A stretch of DNA of 64,000 nucleotides from contig JBDRNC010000035.1 in the NCBI GenBank assembly GCA_043811535.1, forward strand, positions 1-64,000, in the 5' to 3' direction. The stretch comes from Elusimicrobiota bacterium. Its GTDB lineage: Bacteria; Elusimicrobiota; Endomicrobiia; Endomicrobiales; JBDRNC01. Made by a program: the position numbers and the translations under genes. Below the pieces are notes generated by a model. The model ran no database searches. It was not told the DNA's origin and saw only the letters and a list, made by a program, of their open reading frames with translations. This document shows positions 36,234 to 45,210 of this stretch, one piece after another. Position 1 is the first letter of the stretch. Each line of letters opens with the position of its first letter.

Positions 36234-37258
36234 GCAAGGTCCTTCTTCCCCTGTCGTATATCTATAAACTTATTTCCGCGATCCACAGAAAGACCGCGAC
36301 GCCGGTAAGACTGCCGCGTCCGGTTGTAAGCGTAGGCAATATCACGTGGGGCGGGACAGGGAAAACACCCGTGCTCATCGCGATAGCGTCCAGGCTTGAA
36401 TCCGCGGGGCTGAAGACTGCCGTGCTGACAAGGGGCTACGCGAGAAAATCAGCATCAAATAAATCCGTTATAGTAAGTGACGGAAATGAAATACTGTCAT
36501 CTCCCGCTGAAGCCGGGGACGAGCCGTTTTTGCTGGCCGAAAAGCTGAGGAAAACCGCTGTTGTATCCGGCCCCGACAGGGCGGCGTCAGCCGCGCTGAT
36601 AACAAAGATATTTTCTCCGGATGTTTTCATGCTTGACGACGGTTTCCAGCACTGGAAAATAAAAAGAGATATGGATATTGTCTGCGTAAACGCCTCGAAT
36701 CCTTTCGGCAACGGATTGCTGATACCGGCCGGAATACTGAGAGAGGAAGTATCTTCGCTTTCCAGGGCGGATGAGATAATCATTACGAACGCTGACACGG
36801 TCGGAACGGGCGAACTGTCCGCTCTTGAAGAGAGGATAAGGGGCGTTTCAGGGAAAACACCGTCAAAAATTAAGTACAAGATATCTTTCTTTACGAACCT
36901 TATGCGAAACGAGGTTACGGGGCCGGAACATTTCAAAGGAAAAGAAATAGCTGCGCTTTCCGGGATAGGAGAGAACTCGGGATTTAAACGCGTTCTTGAA
37001 AATCTCGGCATTATGGTAAGCACGCATTATTGTTTCGGCGATCACCACTGGTACGCATATGACGATCTTAAAAAAGCGCTTTCAGGCGGACTGAATGTGC
37101 TTGTTACGGAAAAAGACGCGGTCAAGATAAGGCCCCTGCTCAGACTGCTGAAGGCCGAAGAGGCGGACAGGGTATATTCTGCCGCAGTTGAAACTGAATT
37201 TATCGGAGGAGAAAGAGATTGGCAAAGCTTCGCGGAAAAAATAAAGCGGTTTTCATAG
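36230..37258 (+). CDS. lpxK: Tetraacyldisaccharide 4'-kinase
   Basis: SVGNITWGGTGKTP, GDEP, DDGFQH, PAG.LRE, TEKDAVK. Confidence 0.95.
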   Translation: MSKVLLPLSYIYKLISAIHRKTATPVRLPRPVVSVGNITWGGTGKTPVLIAIASRLESAGLKTAVLTRGYARKSASNKSVIVSDGNEILSSPAEAGDEPFLLAEKLRKTAVVSGPDRAASAALITKIFSPDVFMLDDGFQHWKIKRDMDIVCVNASNPFGNGLLIPAGILREEVSSLSRADEIIITNADTVGTGELSALEERIRGVSGKTPSKIKYKISFFTNLMRNEVTGPEHFKGKEIAALSGIGENSGFKRVLENLGIMVSTHYCFGDHHWYAYDDLKKALSGGLNVLVTEKDAVKIRPLLRLLKAEEADRVYSAAVETEFIGGERDWQSFAEKIKRFS

Positions 37259-37782
37259 ACCGGGACGGAACGGTAATACACGAGAGGAATTACCTCAGCA
37301 AACTGAAGGATATTAAGATATTCTCGGGAGCCGTGAAAGGCCTGAAACTGCTGAGGGAATCTGGGTTTAAAACGATCCTCGTGACGAACCAGTCGGCAAT
37401 CGCGCGGGGATACCTGACAGAAAAAAAACTCAGGAAGATACACGCGCGCCTTCAGGAACTTCTAAAAAGAAAGGGGGTGGCGTTTGACGGAATATATTAC
37501 TGCAGACATCTTCCCGGGGACGGTTGCCTGTGCAGGAAACCAGGGACGGGCATGGTGAAAGCGGCAGCCAGAAGGTTTAAAATTGACCTGAAAAAGTCAT
37601 TTACAATCGGCGACCACGTTAACGACTTTCTTCTCGGAAAAAACATGGGCGGAAAGGCCGTCTTCCTGCTGACCGGGCACGGCAGGGAGGAGTTCGGAAA
37701 GATAAAAAAGACAGGAAAAAGGCCCGACAGTATAGAACCGAACTTTTTGAAGGGCGTCAAGTGGATATTGGGGCAAGAATGA
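37219..37782 (+). CDS. gmhB: D-glycero-D-manno-heptose 1,7-bisphosphate phosphatase
   Basis: FIDRDGT, TNQS, CRH...C.CRKP, IGD. Confidence 0.9.
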   Translation: MAKLRGKNKAVFIDRDGTVIHERNYLSKLKDIKIFSGAVKGLKLLRESGFKTILVTNQSAIARGYLTEKKLRKIHARLQELLKRKGVAFDGIYYCRHLPGDGCLCRKPGTGMVKAAARRFKIDLKKSFTIGDHVNDFLLGKNMGGKAVFLLTGHGREEFGKIKKTGKRPDSIEPNFLKGVKWILGQE

Positions 37783-38891
37783 AAAGAACAATGCTTTTCG
37801 TAACGCTATTTCTCGCATACTCGGCGCTTTTTGCGCAGAATGAGCCGTGTGCAAGGACTCATAAGGTTGAGTGGGGCGATACACTGGCCAAAATAGCGGT
37901 AAAATATTACGGAGACGGGAAACAGTACGTTTTTCTTGCGGAAGCAAACGGCATAAAGAACCCACACGCGATAATTTGCGGGCAGGTCGTTAACATACCG
38001 CCTTTGAACGGCAAAAGCGTTCAAGCAGTTCAAAAGGTTCAAGAGGTTCAACAAGAAAAGACCGTTCAAACCGTTCCAACAGTTCCAATCGTTCAAGAAC
38101 AACAGCCGGTTCAGGAAGTTCAAAAAGCCATAGAGGCGGAAAAACCTGCTGAAACCGTTCAAGCGGCGCCCGAAGCCGAAATACCGCCTTCTCCTCCAGC
38201 GTTTGTCTGGAGAAAGGAAACGAATGATGTATGGTCGCCCGGCGAAAAGCTTTCATACAGCGTGAAATGGCAATTTATCACAGTGGGATACGCGGTAATG
38301 GAGATACGCGGTCCGGAAGATATCGGCGGCCGGCAGGCTTATCACATATTCACGGAAGCGAGATCTGCGCCGTTTTTTGATAATTTCTATAAGGTCAGGA
38401 ACACGAACGAGTCCTGGATGGATGTTGAAAGTCTGTGTTCACTTAAATTTGCTACCAGCATAAACGAGGGAAAGGCTTTTAAGACCGAGACATTGCTGAT
38501 GGACCAGGAAAACTGCAGGTTCACGCTGGTTGAGTCGAATAAAACCGGGCAGATATTGCCGTGGGTCCAGGATATCCTGTCGTCGCTGTATTATCTCAGG
38601 ACAAAGGAGCTTATCGTAGGGCAGGTTTATTCCATAGACACTCACTCGGGAGACCTTTCATGGCCGCTTGCTATCAAGGTGATAAAGCAGGAAAAGGTCC
38701 GCGTTCCTTCGGGTGAATACGAATGCCTGCTGCTTGAGCCAGCCGTTCGAGAAGGCGCTGGGTTGTTCCAGTCACAAGGCAGGCTTTGGGTATGGGTGAC
38801 GAAGGATTCTAAAAGAGTGCCGGTCAAGATGAGTTCAAAGATAGCGATAGGCTCGGTTGAAGTTGTATTAAAGGAAATGAAGTTACCCTAA
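37779..38891 (+). CDS. Exported LysM + DUF3108-like protein with VQx repeat linker
   Basis: Signal peptide, HKVEWGDTLAKIA...ANGI.NP LysM, GEKL.Y.V.W, D.LS.LYYLR, VPSGEY, W.T.D..RVPV. Confidence 0.75.
   Translation: MKRTMLFVTLFLAYSALFAQNEPCARTHKVEWGDTLAKIAVKYYGDGKQYVFLAEANGIKNPHAIICGQVVNIPPLNGKSVQAVQKVQEVQQEKTVQTVPTVPIVQEQQPVQEVQKAIEAEKPAETVQAAPEAEIPPSPPAFVWRKETNDVWSPGEKLSYSVKWQFITVGYAVMEIRGPEDIGGRQAYHIFTEARSAPFFDNFYKVRNTNESWMDVESLCSLKFATSINEGKAFKTETLLMDQENCRFTLVESNKTGQILPWVQDILSSLYYLRTKELIVGQVYSIDTHSGDLSWPLAIKVIKQEKVRVPSGEYECLLLEPAVREGAGLFQSQGRLWVWVTKDSKRVPVKMSSKIAIGSVEVVLKEMKLP
38019..38126 (+). repeat. In-frame 9-bp tandem repeat GTTCAANNN
   Basis: 10 of 12 consecutive 9-mers start GTTC(A/C). 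Confidence 0.8.
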
Positions 38892-38912
38892 AACCGGAAA
38901 TTCTATATTCAA

Positions 38913-38985
38913 AATTGTAATAAATGGTTAGATGGCTATACGGTTCAATTGCTGATGTCTTTAGCCATTAAGCCATTTGTCCATT
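38913..38985. repeat. Inverted octamer array (AAATGGTT / TTAGCCAT family)
   Basis: Same architecture as 5001-5060 and 17447-17521. Confidence 0.7.
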
Positions 38986-39007
38986 CCCGTATTCATTGGA
39001 GGTTTTT

Positions 39008-39949
39008 GTGAAAATCAACAAGATTGACTTGTCTAAAATTAAAACGGTCTCTTTAATCAACCGCCCCAGTAAAGTTAAAAAGACGGATTTCGGTTCTTTG
39101 TTAAAAAAACCCGTAAAATTCAGAGCGTTTATCAACTCAATACCGTCAATTTTGGCTGGAAATAATCTGAAAAATTTGATAAAAGATATATTGAGGGCAA
39201 AGTACAGGGGTAAGCCCGTTATTTTTGCTTTTGGGGCGCATGTCATTAAATGCGGGTTGAGCCCGCTGGTGATAGATCTGTGTGATAGAGGCCTGATTAC
39301 GGCGCTTGCAACTAACGGGGCGTCAACGGTGCACGATTTCGAGCTGTCGCTGTCGGGCAAGACCTCCGAAGACGTTTCGGAGCGGCTCAAGAACGGTTCT
39401 TTCGGCATGACGAAGGAAACCGGAGAATTCCTCAACAACGCCGCGAAACACGCGGCAAGGGAAGACAAAGGCCTCGGAGAGGTTATCGGCAAGGAAATCG
39501 CGAAAGGCAGGTTCAAATTTAAGAACCTTAGCATTTTTTCAAACGCGTTCGTCAGTCAGGTTCCGGTCACCGTTCATTCGGCCATAGGAACGGACATAGT
39601 CTATCAGCACCCGCAATGCGACGGGGCCGCGTGGGGAAAGGCGAGCTACAACGATTTTTTGAAGTTCGCCGGGCTGGTGTCGAATCTGGGTTCCGGAGGC
39701 GTGCTGTTGAATTTCGGAAGCGCGGTGATACTACCGGAAGTGTTTTTGAAAGCCCTTACGATATGCAGGAACCTGGGCTACAAGACGCACGGATTTACCA
39801 CCGCTAATTTTGACATGATACATCAATACAGGCCGATGCAGAATATAGTTACGCGTCCCACTCAGACAGGCGGGCGCGGATATTATTTCATAGGCCACCA
39901 TGAAATCATGCTGCCGCTGCTCTACGCGGCATTAATAGATGGAGAATAA
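39008..39949 (+). CDS. Deoxyhypusine-synthase-like fold protein of unknown function
   Basis: GAHVIKCGL, ATNGA..VHDFE, VH.AIGTDI, NFGSAVILPEVFLKA, GHHEIMLPLL; GGAGG before GTG 39008. Confidence 0.6.
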   Translation: MKINKIDLSKIKTVSLINRPSKVKKTDFGSLLKKPVKFRAFINSIPSILAGNNLKNLIKDILRAKYRGKPVIFAFGAHVIKCGLSPLVIDLCDRGLITALATNGASTVHDFELSLSGKTSEDVSERLKNGSFGMTKETGEFLNNAAKHAAREDKGLGEVIGKEIAKGRFKFKNLSIFSNAFVSQVPVTVHSAIGTDIVYQHPQCDGAAWGKASYNDFLKFAGLVSNLGSGGVLLNFGSAVILPEVFLKALTICRNLGYKTHGFTTANFDMIHQYRPMQNIVTRPTQTGGRGYYFIGHHEIMLPLLYAALIDGE

Positions 39950-39954
39950 CAGCC

Positions 39955-40938
39955 ATGAAAAAACTTGTAAAATTCATCCCTGAATTCAAGAAGCACAGGA
40001 TCCTGATAATCGGCGACCTCATGATGGATAAATTCATCTGGGGCAGGGTTTCCAGGATTTCGCAGGAAGCCCCGGTGCCGGTCGTCGAAGTAACCAGAGA
40101 AACGTACGCGCTGGGAGGGGCTGGAAACGTGGCGCGCAACATAACTAGCCTCGGAGGGCGGGCCACTGTTATAGGAGTGATCGGCGAGGATAACGTCTCA
40201 AACAGCATGATAGACGAACTTGAGAGCAAGGATATAGAGACCGGGTGCATAGTGAACGACGCGTCGCGGCCTACGATAACGAAAACGCGCATCATCGCGC
40301 AGCACCAGCAGGTCGTAAGGGTGGACAAGGAGCTTAAGGGAGAGTTCGCGCCGGGGATCGTCGACAAGCTCATTGAGAATATAGACAGGATTTCGTCCAA
40401 AGCAAGCGCGATAATTATTTCCGACTACGGAAAAGGCGTAATAAATAAAAGAGTGCTTGAGCACGCGATAAAGACGGCGCGCAAGCGCCGCATACCCATC
40501 ACGGTTGACCCTAAAATTGAGCATTTCATGAGTTACAGGAATGTAAACTGCATAACTCCAAACATGGCCGAAGCGGTCGCGGGAATGCGTTCCGCCGAGC
40601 CGAAGAACGACGATGACGTGATCGAACTCGGGAGAAAAATTCTGAGGAAACTCAGCTCCGCTTCCGTGCTGATAACGCGCGGTGAAAAAGGCATGACTCT
40701 GTTTGAGCCGAAAAACAAGATAACCCACATACCTACAAGGGCAAAGGAAGTCTTCGACGTGACTGGCGCCGGGGATACCGTGATAGCGACGTTCACTCTA
40801 TCGCTCGCGGCAAAAGCCAGGTTTGTTGAAGCGGCCGAAATATCCAATTTCGCGGCGGGAATCGTAGTGGCTAAGATCGGAACGGCGTCGGTTTCCCCCG
40901 AAGAGCTTGAGAGCGCCATTAAGGAGTTTGCGGAGTAG
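39955..40938 (+). CDS. rfaE1: D-glycero-beta-D-manno-heptose-7-phosphate kinase (RfaE domain I, HldA-like)
   Basis: GDLMMD, RISQEAPVPV, GGAGNVA, SDYGKG, DVTGAGDTV. Confidence 0.93.
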   Translation: MKKLVKFIPEFKKHRILIIGDLMMDKFIWGRVSRISQEAPVPVVEVTRETYALGGAGNVARNITSLGGRATVIGVIGEDNVSNSMIDELESKDIETGCIVNDASRPTITKTRIIAQHQQVVRVDKELKGEFAPGIVDKLIENIDRISSKASAIIISDYGKGVINKRVLEHAIKTARKRRIPITVDPKIEHFMSYRNVNCITPNMAEAVAGMRSAEPKNDDDVIELGRKILRKLSSASVLITRGEKGMTLFEPKNKITHIPTRAKEVFDVTGAGDTVIATFTLSLAAKARFVEAAEISNFAAGIVVAKIGTASVSPEELESAIKEFAE

Positions 40939-40939
40939 C

Positions 40940-41668
40940 ATGATGAGAATAATCGGCGTCATACCTTCCCGTTACGCGTCAACAAGGTTCCCGGGCAAGC
41001 CGCTCAGGCTTATAAAAGGGAAATCGCTAATACGCCGGGTGTGGGAACAATCAAAGAAAAGCAGGTATCTTGACGACGTGATAGTTGCCACCGACGATAA
41101 GCGGATTGCAGACGAAGTGAGAAGTTTTGGCGGCACGGTGGTAATGACTTCAAGGAACTGCAAGAGCGGAACCGACAGGCTTGCTGAAGTGGCCTGGAAA
41201 TATGAAAGATCTGCCGGCATCATCCTCAATATTCAGGGCGACGAGCCGCTCATCCATCCCGGCTTGATAGACAGAATAGCCCGAGAGCTTGCCCGCGACC
41301 GGAGACTGATGATAGCGACTGCCGTGTTTCCGCTGAAGAGACAAAAAGACATTGACAATCCCAATATAGCAAAGGTCGTTATTGATAAAGACGGGTTCGC
41401 CGTGTATTTTTCAAGGTCGCCCATACCGTTTAACAGGGGCCGGGGCAGCGTGAGATATTTCAAGCATATCGGCATTTACGGGTACAGAAGGGATTTTCTG
41501 CTGAAATACGCGAAGTGGCTCCAGACTCCGCTTGAAAAAGCCGAAAAACTTGAACAGCTGAGGGTCATAGAGAGCGGCGAAAAAATAATGACAGTCATCG
41601 CGGATAAGGATTCTCCCGGAGTTGACGTGCCGGATGACATACGGAAAATTGAAAAGTTGATTAAATAA
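40940..41668 (+). CDS. kdsB: CMP-Kdo synthetase
   Basis: IPSRYASTRFPGKPL, SGTDR, QGDEP, EKLEQLR. Confidence 0.96.
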   Translation: MMRIIGVIPSRYASTRFPGKPLRLIKGKSLIRRVWEQSKKSRYLDDVIVATDDKRIADEVRSFGGTVVMTSRNCKSGTDRLAEVAWKYERSAGIILNIQGDEPLIHPGLIDRIARELARDRRLMIATAVFPLKRQKDIDNPNIAKVVIDKDGFAVYFSRSPIPFNRGRGSVRYFKHIGIYGYRRDFLLKYAKWLQTPLEKAEKLEQLRVIESGEKIMTVIADKDSPGVDVPDDIRKIEKLIK

Positions 41669-41678
41669 TAGCGCGCCG

Positions 41679-41698
41679 GCCGTCCGGCGCCGGACGGC
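41679..41698. repeat. Perfect 20-bp palindrome upstream of pyrG
   Basis: GCCGTCCGGCGCCGGACGGC. Confidence 0.7.
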
Positions 41699-41753
41699 AT
41701 AAAAGGCAAGTTACAAAGGCGTAGCTCCCCCTAGCGTGCGAAAAGAGGCTAAC

Positions 41754-43343
41754 ATGACGACAAAATACATTTTTGTCACCGGGGGAGTGGTTTCTTCGCT
41801 CGGGAAAGGAATAACTGCTGCATCGCTTGGAAGGATGTTGAAGAGCCGCGGTCTCAGGGTGAACATGCTCAAGTTCGATCCGTACCTGAACGTGGATCCG
41901 GGTACGATGTCCCCTTACCAGCACGGGGAAGTATTCGTTACGGTAGACGGGGCCGAAACAGATCTTGATTTGGGCCATTACGAAAGGTTCCTTGACCAGC
42001 AGATGAAAAAAGTCAACAATGTCACGTCCGGACAGATATACGAGACCGTGATATCCGCTGAACGGCGCGGCGATTACCTGGGAAAAACGATTCAAGTCGT
42101 ACCTCACATAACCAACGAGATAAAGAGCCGCATCAAGAAGCTCGCGGGCGGATATGACGTCGTGATAGTGGAAGTCGGGGGCACGGTAGGAGACATTGAA
42201 GGTTTGCCGTTCATTGAAGCCATAAGGCAGTTCAGGCTTGACGTTGGGAGGGGAAACGTCGTTTACGTGCACGTGACGCTTATCCCCTACATACGCGCTT
42301 CAGAGGAAATGAAAACGAAGCCGACGCAGCACAGCGTGATGAAACTCAGGGAGATAGGTATCCAGCCGCACTTTCTGATATGCCGCATGGAACGGAGCCT
42401 TACGGAAGAACTGAAAAACAAGATAGCGCTTTTTTGCAACGTTGAGCCCAGGTCCGTGATCGAAGAAAAAGACGTCGGTTCTTCCATATACGAGGTTCCG
42501 CTGCTGCTGCAGGACCAGAAACTGGACGAGATCATACTGGAGTATCTGCACTTTCGCGCCAGGAAGAAAAGTAATTTAAAGACATGGGCGAAGATGGTTG
42601 ATAATTTCCGTTTGCCGAAAGACAGCGTCAATATCGCGGTAGCCGGAAAATACACTGAACTCAAGGACGCGTACAAAAGCATCTGGGAAGCGCTTAAACA
42701 CGGAGGCGTCGCTAACCGGTCTTCCGTCGAGATCAAGTATGTAGACGTTGGAGGCGGCGATATTGAAAGCGAACTAGCCGGTATTGACGGGATACTTGTG
42801 CCGGGCGGGTTCGGTGACCGCGGGATCGAAGGAAAGATCAAGGTTATTAAATACGCCAGAGAAAAGAAAATACCGTTTTTCGGGATATGCCTTGGAATGC
42901 AGTGCGCGGTAATCGAGTTCGCCAGGAATGTATGCGGATGGAAGGACGCGAATTCCACGGAATTCAATCCAAGGACCAAATACCCGGTTATTGACATGAT
43001 GACGGCGCAGAAAAAGGTCTTCGCGAAAGGGGCGACTATGCGTCTCGGTCTTTATCCGTGTTCGGTCGCAAAGGGTACGGCAGCTTATGAGTCCTACGGT
43101 AAGGCCCTTGTCCGCGAAAGACACCGTCACCGTTATGAATTGAACAACAAATTCAAGGAGCGCTTGCTGAAGAACGGGATGGCCGTGTCAGGTGTTTACA
43201 GGAACGGGAATCTCGCAGAAATGATCGAGCTGAAAAATCATCCGTGGTTCGTCGGCGTGCAGTTCCATCCTGAGTTCCAGTCAACTCCGATGAACCCGCA
43301 CCCGTTGTTTACGAGTTTTATCAAGGCGTCGCTCAGGTACTAA
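41754..43343 (+). CDS. pyrG: CTP synthase
   Basis: [34 protein letters not shown]. Confidence 0.98.
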   Translation: MTTKYIFVTGGVVSSLGKGITAASLGRMLKSRGLRVNMLKFDPYLNVDPGTMSPYQHGEVFVTVDGAETDLDLGHYERFLDQQMKKVNNVTSGQIYETVISAERRGDYLGKTIQVVPHITNEIKSRIKKLAGGYDVVIVEVGGTVGDIEGLPFIEAIRQFRLDVGRGNVVYVHVTLIPYIRASEEMKTKPTQHSVMKLREIGIQPHFLICRMERSLTEELKNKIALFCNVEPRSVIEEKDVGSSIYEVPLLLQDQKLDEIILEYLHFRARKKSNLKTWAKMVDNFRLPKDSVNIAVAGKYTELKDAYKSIWEALKHGGVANRSSVEIKYVDVGGGDIESELAGIDGILVPGGFGDRGIEGKIKVIKYAREKKIPFFGICLGMQCAVIEFARNVCGWKDANSTEFNPRTKYPVIDMMTAQKKVFAKGATMRLGLYPCSVAKGTAAYESYGKALVRERHRHRYELNNKFKERLLKNGMAVSGVYRNGNLAEMIELKNHPWFVGVQFHPEFQSTPMNPHPLFTSFIKASLRY

Positions 43344-43374
43344 CAGAGGTATTGTACGGGAATGGGAGAATAAC

Positions 43375-44202
43375 GTGAAAACCGTCGCTCTATCCAGATG
43401 GAATGTAAACATAGGCAATGCTGAGCCAATGGTTCTTTTCGCAGGCAACTGCGTCATAGAGGGAGAAAAACAGACCCTTGAAACGGCACGCAGACTCAAG
43501 CAGATTTCCGAAGAGCTTTCGATACCGCTTGTTTTCAAAGCGTCGTACGACAAAGCGAACAGGTCGTCTCTCAAATCCTACCGAGGGCCCGGGCTGAAAA
43601 AAGGATTGAAGATACTTTCAGCAGTAAAGAAAAGATACGGGCTTCCGCTGCTCGTAGACGTTCACAACCCATCCGAAGCGCGTCAAGTCGCGGAGGTAGC
43701 CGATGTACTGCAGATACCGGCGTTCCTTTGCCGCCAGACGGATCTTTTGACGGCATGCGCCAGGACGGGTCTTCCGGTGAACGTGAAAAAGGGCCAGTTC
43801 ATGGCTCCTGAAGACATGGAAAACGCCGTTAAGAAAATAGAGGTGTCCGGTAATAACAAAACCCTTCTAACTGAGCGCGGCTCAACGTTCGGATACCATA
43901 ACCTTGTTGTGGACATGAGATCGATAGAAATAATGAAAAAAACCGGTTGCCCGGTTATTTTTGATGCGACGCATTCGGTCCAGCTTCCCGGAGGTCTCGG
44001 GCGTTCTTCGGGAGGCCAGAGAAAATTCATAGGCACGCTCGCCAGAGCGGCTGTCGCGGCGGGTGTAGCGGGGATTTTTGTGGAAGTCCACGAAAATCCG
44101 GCCAAAGCGCTTTCCGACGGGCCGAATAGCCTGAAGATGAAAGACCTTCCTAGTATGCTTAAAACGCTGATAGGGATAGATAAATTAGTTAAAAGAGTCT
44201 GA
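43375..44202 (+). CDS. kdsA: KDO8P synthase
   Basis: KASYDKANRSS, QIPAFLCRQTDL, KKGQF, DATHSVQ.PGG. Confidence 0.97.
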   Translation: MKTVALSRWNVNIGNAEPMVLFAGNCVIEGEKQTLETARRLKQISEELSIPLVFKASYDKANRSSLKSYRGPGLKKGLKILSAVKKRYGLPLLVDVHNPSEARQVAEVADVLQIPAFLCRQTDLLTACARTGLPVNVKKGQFMAPEDMENAVKKIEVSGNNKTLLTERGSTFGYHNLVVDMRSIEIMKKTGCPVIFDATHSVQLPGGLGRSSGGQRKFIGTLARAAVAAGVAGIFVEVHENPAKALSDGPNSLKMKDLPSMLKTLIGIDKLVKRV

Positions 44203-44236
44203 ACCGCCATTGTTTATTGATAATTGTTAATATAAA

Positions 44237-44367
44237 AGGTGTTCAATACCCTTATGGGTATTTCGCGATAAGACAATTAAATAGAGACACTTTATAATAC
44301 GTGTTCAATACCCTTCGGGTATTTCACAAAAGGCAATTTAGTAAAAACACCTAAGGTGTTCAAGGAG
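44237..44367 (+). repeat. Motif Z, two tandem copies
   Basis: GTGTTC-[AATACCC..GGGTATT]-TC(G/A)C..G(A/G)CAATT..(G/A)ACAC at 44239 and 44301, ending GGTGTTCAAGGAG. Confidence 0.75.
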
Positions 44368-44373
44368 CTCAAT

Positions 44374-44631
44374 ATGAAATGTTTTAAATGCCAGGCCGAT
44401 AATAAGGACGGGTCAAAACTCTGCAGGAAATGCGGGGCAGATCTGTCTCCGCAGCCGCTATGGAGGCCTACCTGGAGATGGCATCTGAAAACATTGATGA
44501 TCATCTACGGAATACTGATAGTCGTGTTCTTCACGCTGAACGCGCTGCTTAAGCCGTACATGAGAAAAATTCCGGATGATATCACTCCCTGGCTGAATAA
44601 AATGCCGGCGCAGCAGCAGAAAGCGGGTTAG
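44374..44631 (+). CDS. Small zinc-ribbon membrane protein
   Basis: CxxC..N.....CxxCG followed by one TM helix; AAGGAG RBS. Confidence 0.75.
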   Translation: MKCFKCQADNKDGSKLCRKCGADLSPQPLWRPTWRWHLKTLMIIYGILIVVFFTLNALLKPYMRKIPDDITPWLNKMPAQQQKAG

Positions 44632-44634
44632 GCA

Positions 44635-45165
44635 ATGAAAAAGAATATAGCAGCGCTCGCAAGGAAGATAAAACTTATAGCGATGGATATCGACGGCGTT
44701 CTAACGGCCGGAGAAATGATTATCCTTAATTCGGGCGAAGAGATAAAGATATGGGACGTAAAGGACAGGCTGGGTTTTCATCTCATAAGACGCAGCGGCG
44801 CCGATATAAAATTCGCTTGGATAACCGGAAGGGGCTGCGAGCAGGTTGAAAAACGGGCGAACGAGATCGGGATTGATTTCCTTTATCAGGAATGCATGAA
44901 TAAAATGGATGCGGTCATGGAGATAATGAATAAAACTGGCTTAAAGCCCGGTGAAATAGCATATATAGGCGATGACCTGGTGGATGTCCCTGTGCTGAAA
45001 AACGTCGGTTTGGCGGTATGTCCGTCCGATGCGCCAGCCGAGCTTAAAAGGGAAGCGGATTACGTAAGCAAGATTGCAGGCGGCAGAGGTGTGTTCAGGG
45101 AAATTGCCGAGATCGTGCTGAAATCCCAGGGTTATTGGAAGAAAGCGACGAAAGACTTCATTTAA
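44635..45165 (+). CDS. kdsC: KDO8P phosphatase (HAD)
   Basis: DIDGVLT, ITGR, GDDLVD, GGRGVFRE. Confidence 0.92.
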   Translation: MKKNIAALARKIKLIAMDIDGVLTAGEMIILNSGEEIKIWDVKDRLGFHLIRRSGADIKFAWITGRGCEQVEKRANEIGIDFLYQECMNKMDAVMEIMNKTGLKPGEIAYIGDDLVDVPVLKNVGLAVCPSDAPAELKREADYVSKIAGGRGVFREIAEIVLKSQGYWKKATKDFI

Positions 45166-45210
45166 AACAAAACAAATAAATAAAATCCAATAACAAAATA
45201 CGGCTTACTA

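Noticed and set aside
37219..37258. 40-nt lpxK/gmhB overlap as a possible frameshift or fusion
   Set aside because: Both proteins are complete and gmhB has its own GGAGG before the TTG
39626..39640. AAWGK resembling the DHS catalytic SWGK motif
   Set aside because: It lies before the glycine-containing NFGSAV segment, not at the C-terminal position of the DHS lysine; probably coincidental
41669..41753. pyrG attenuator (reiterative-transcription type)
   Set aside because: Hairpin present but no U-tract terminator and no identifiable promoter with a GGGC start
44239..44367. Mini-CRISPR-like pattern: palindromic ~27-nt repeats starting GTGTTCAA at 62- and 55-nt spacing
   Set aside because: Only two full repeats, the would-be spacers resemble each other and other motif Z copies, and there is no cas gene in the window
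45166..45200. A-rich stretch AACAAAACAAATAAATAAAATCCAATAACAAAATA as another heptamer arm
   Set aside because: Too short and low-complexity to distinguish from an ordinary A-rich spacer
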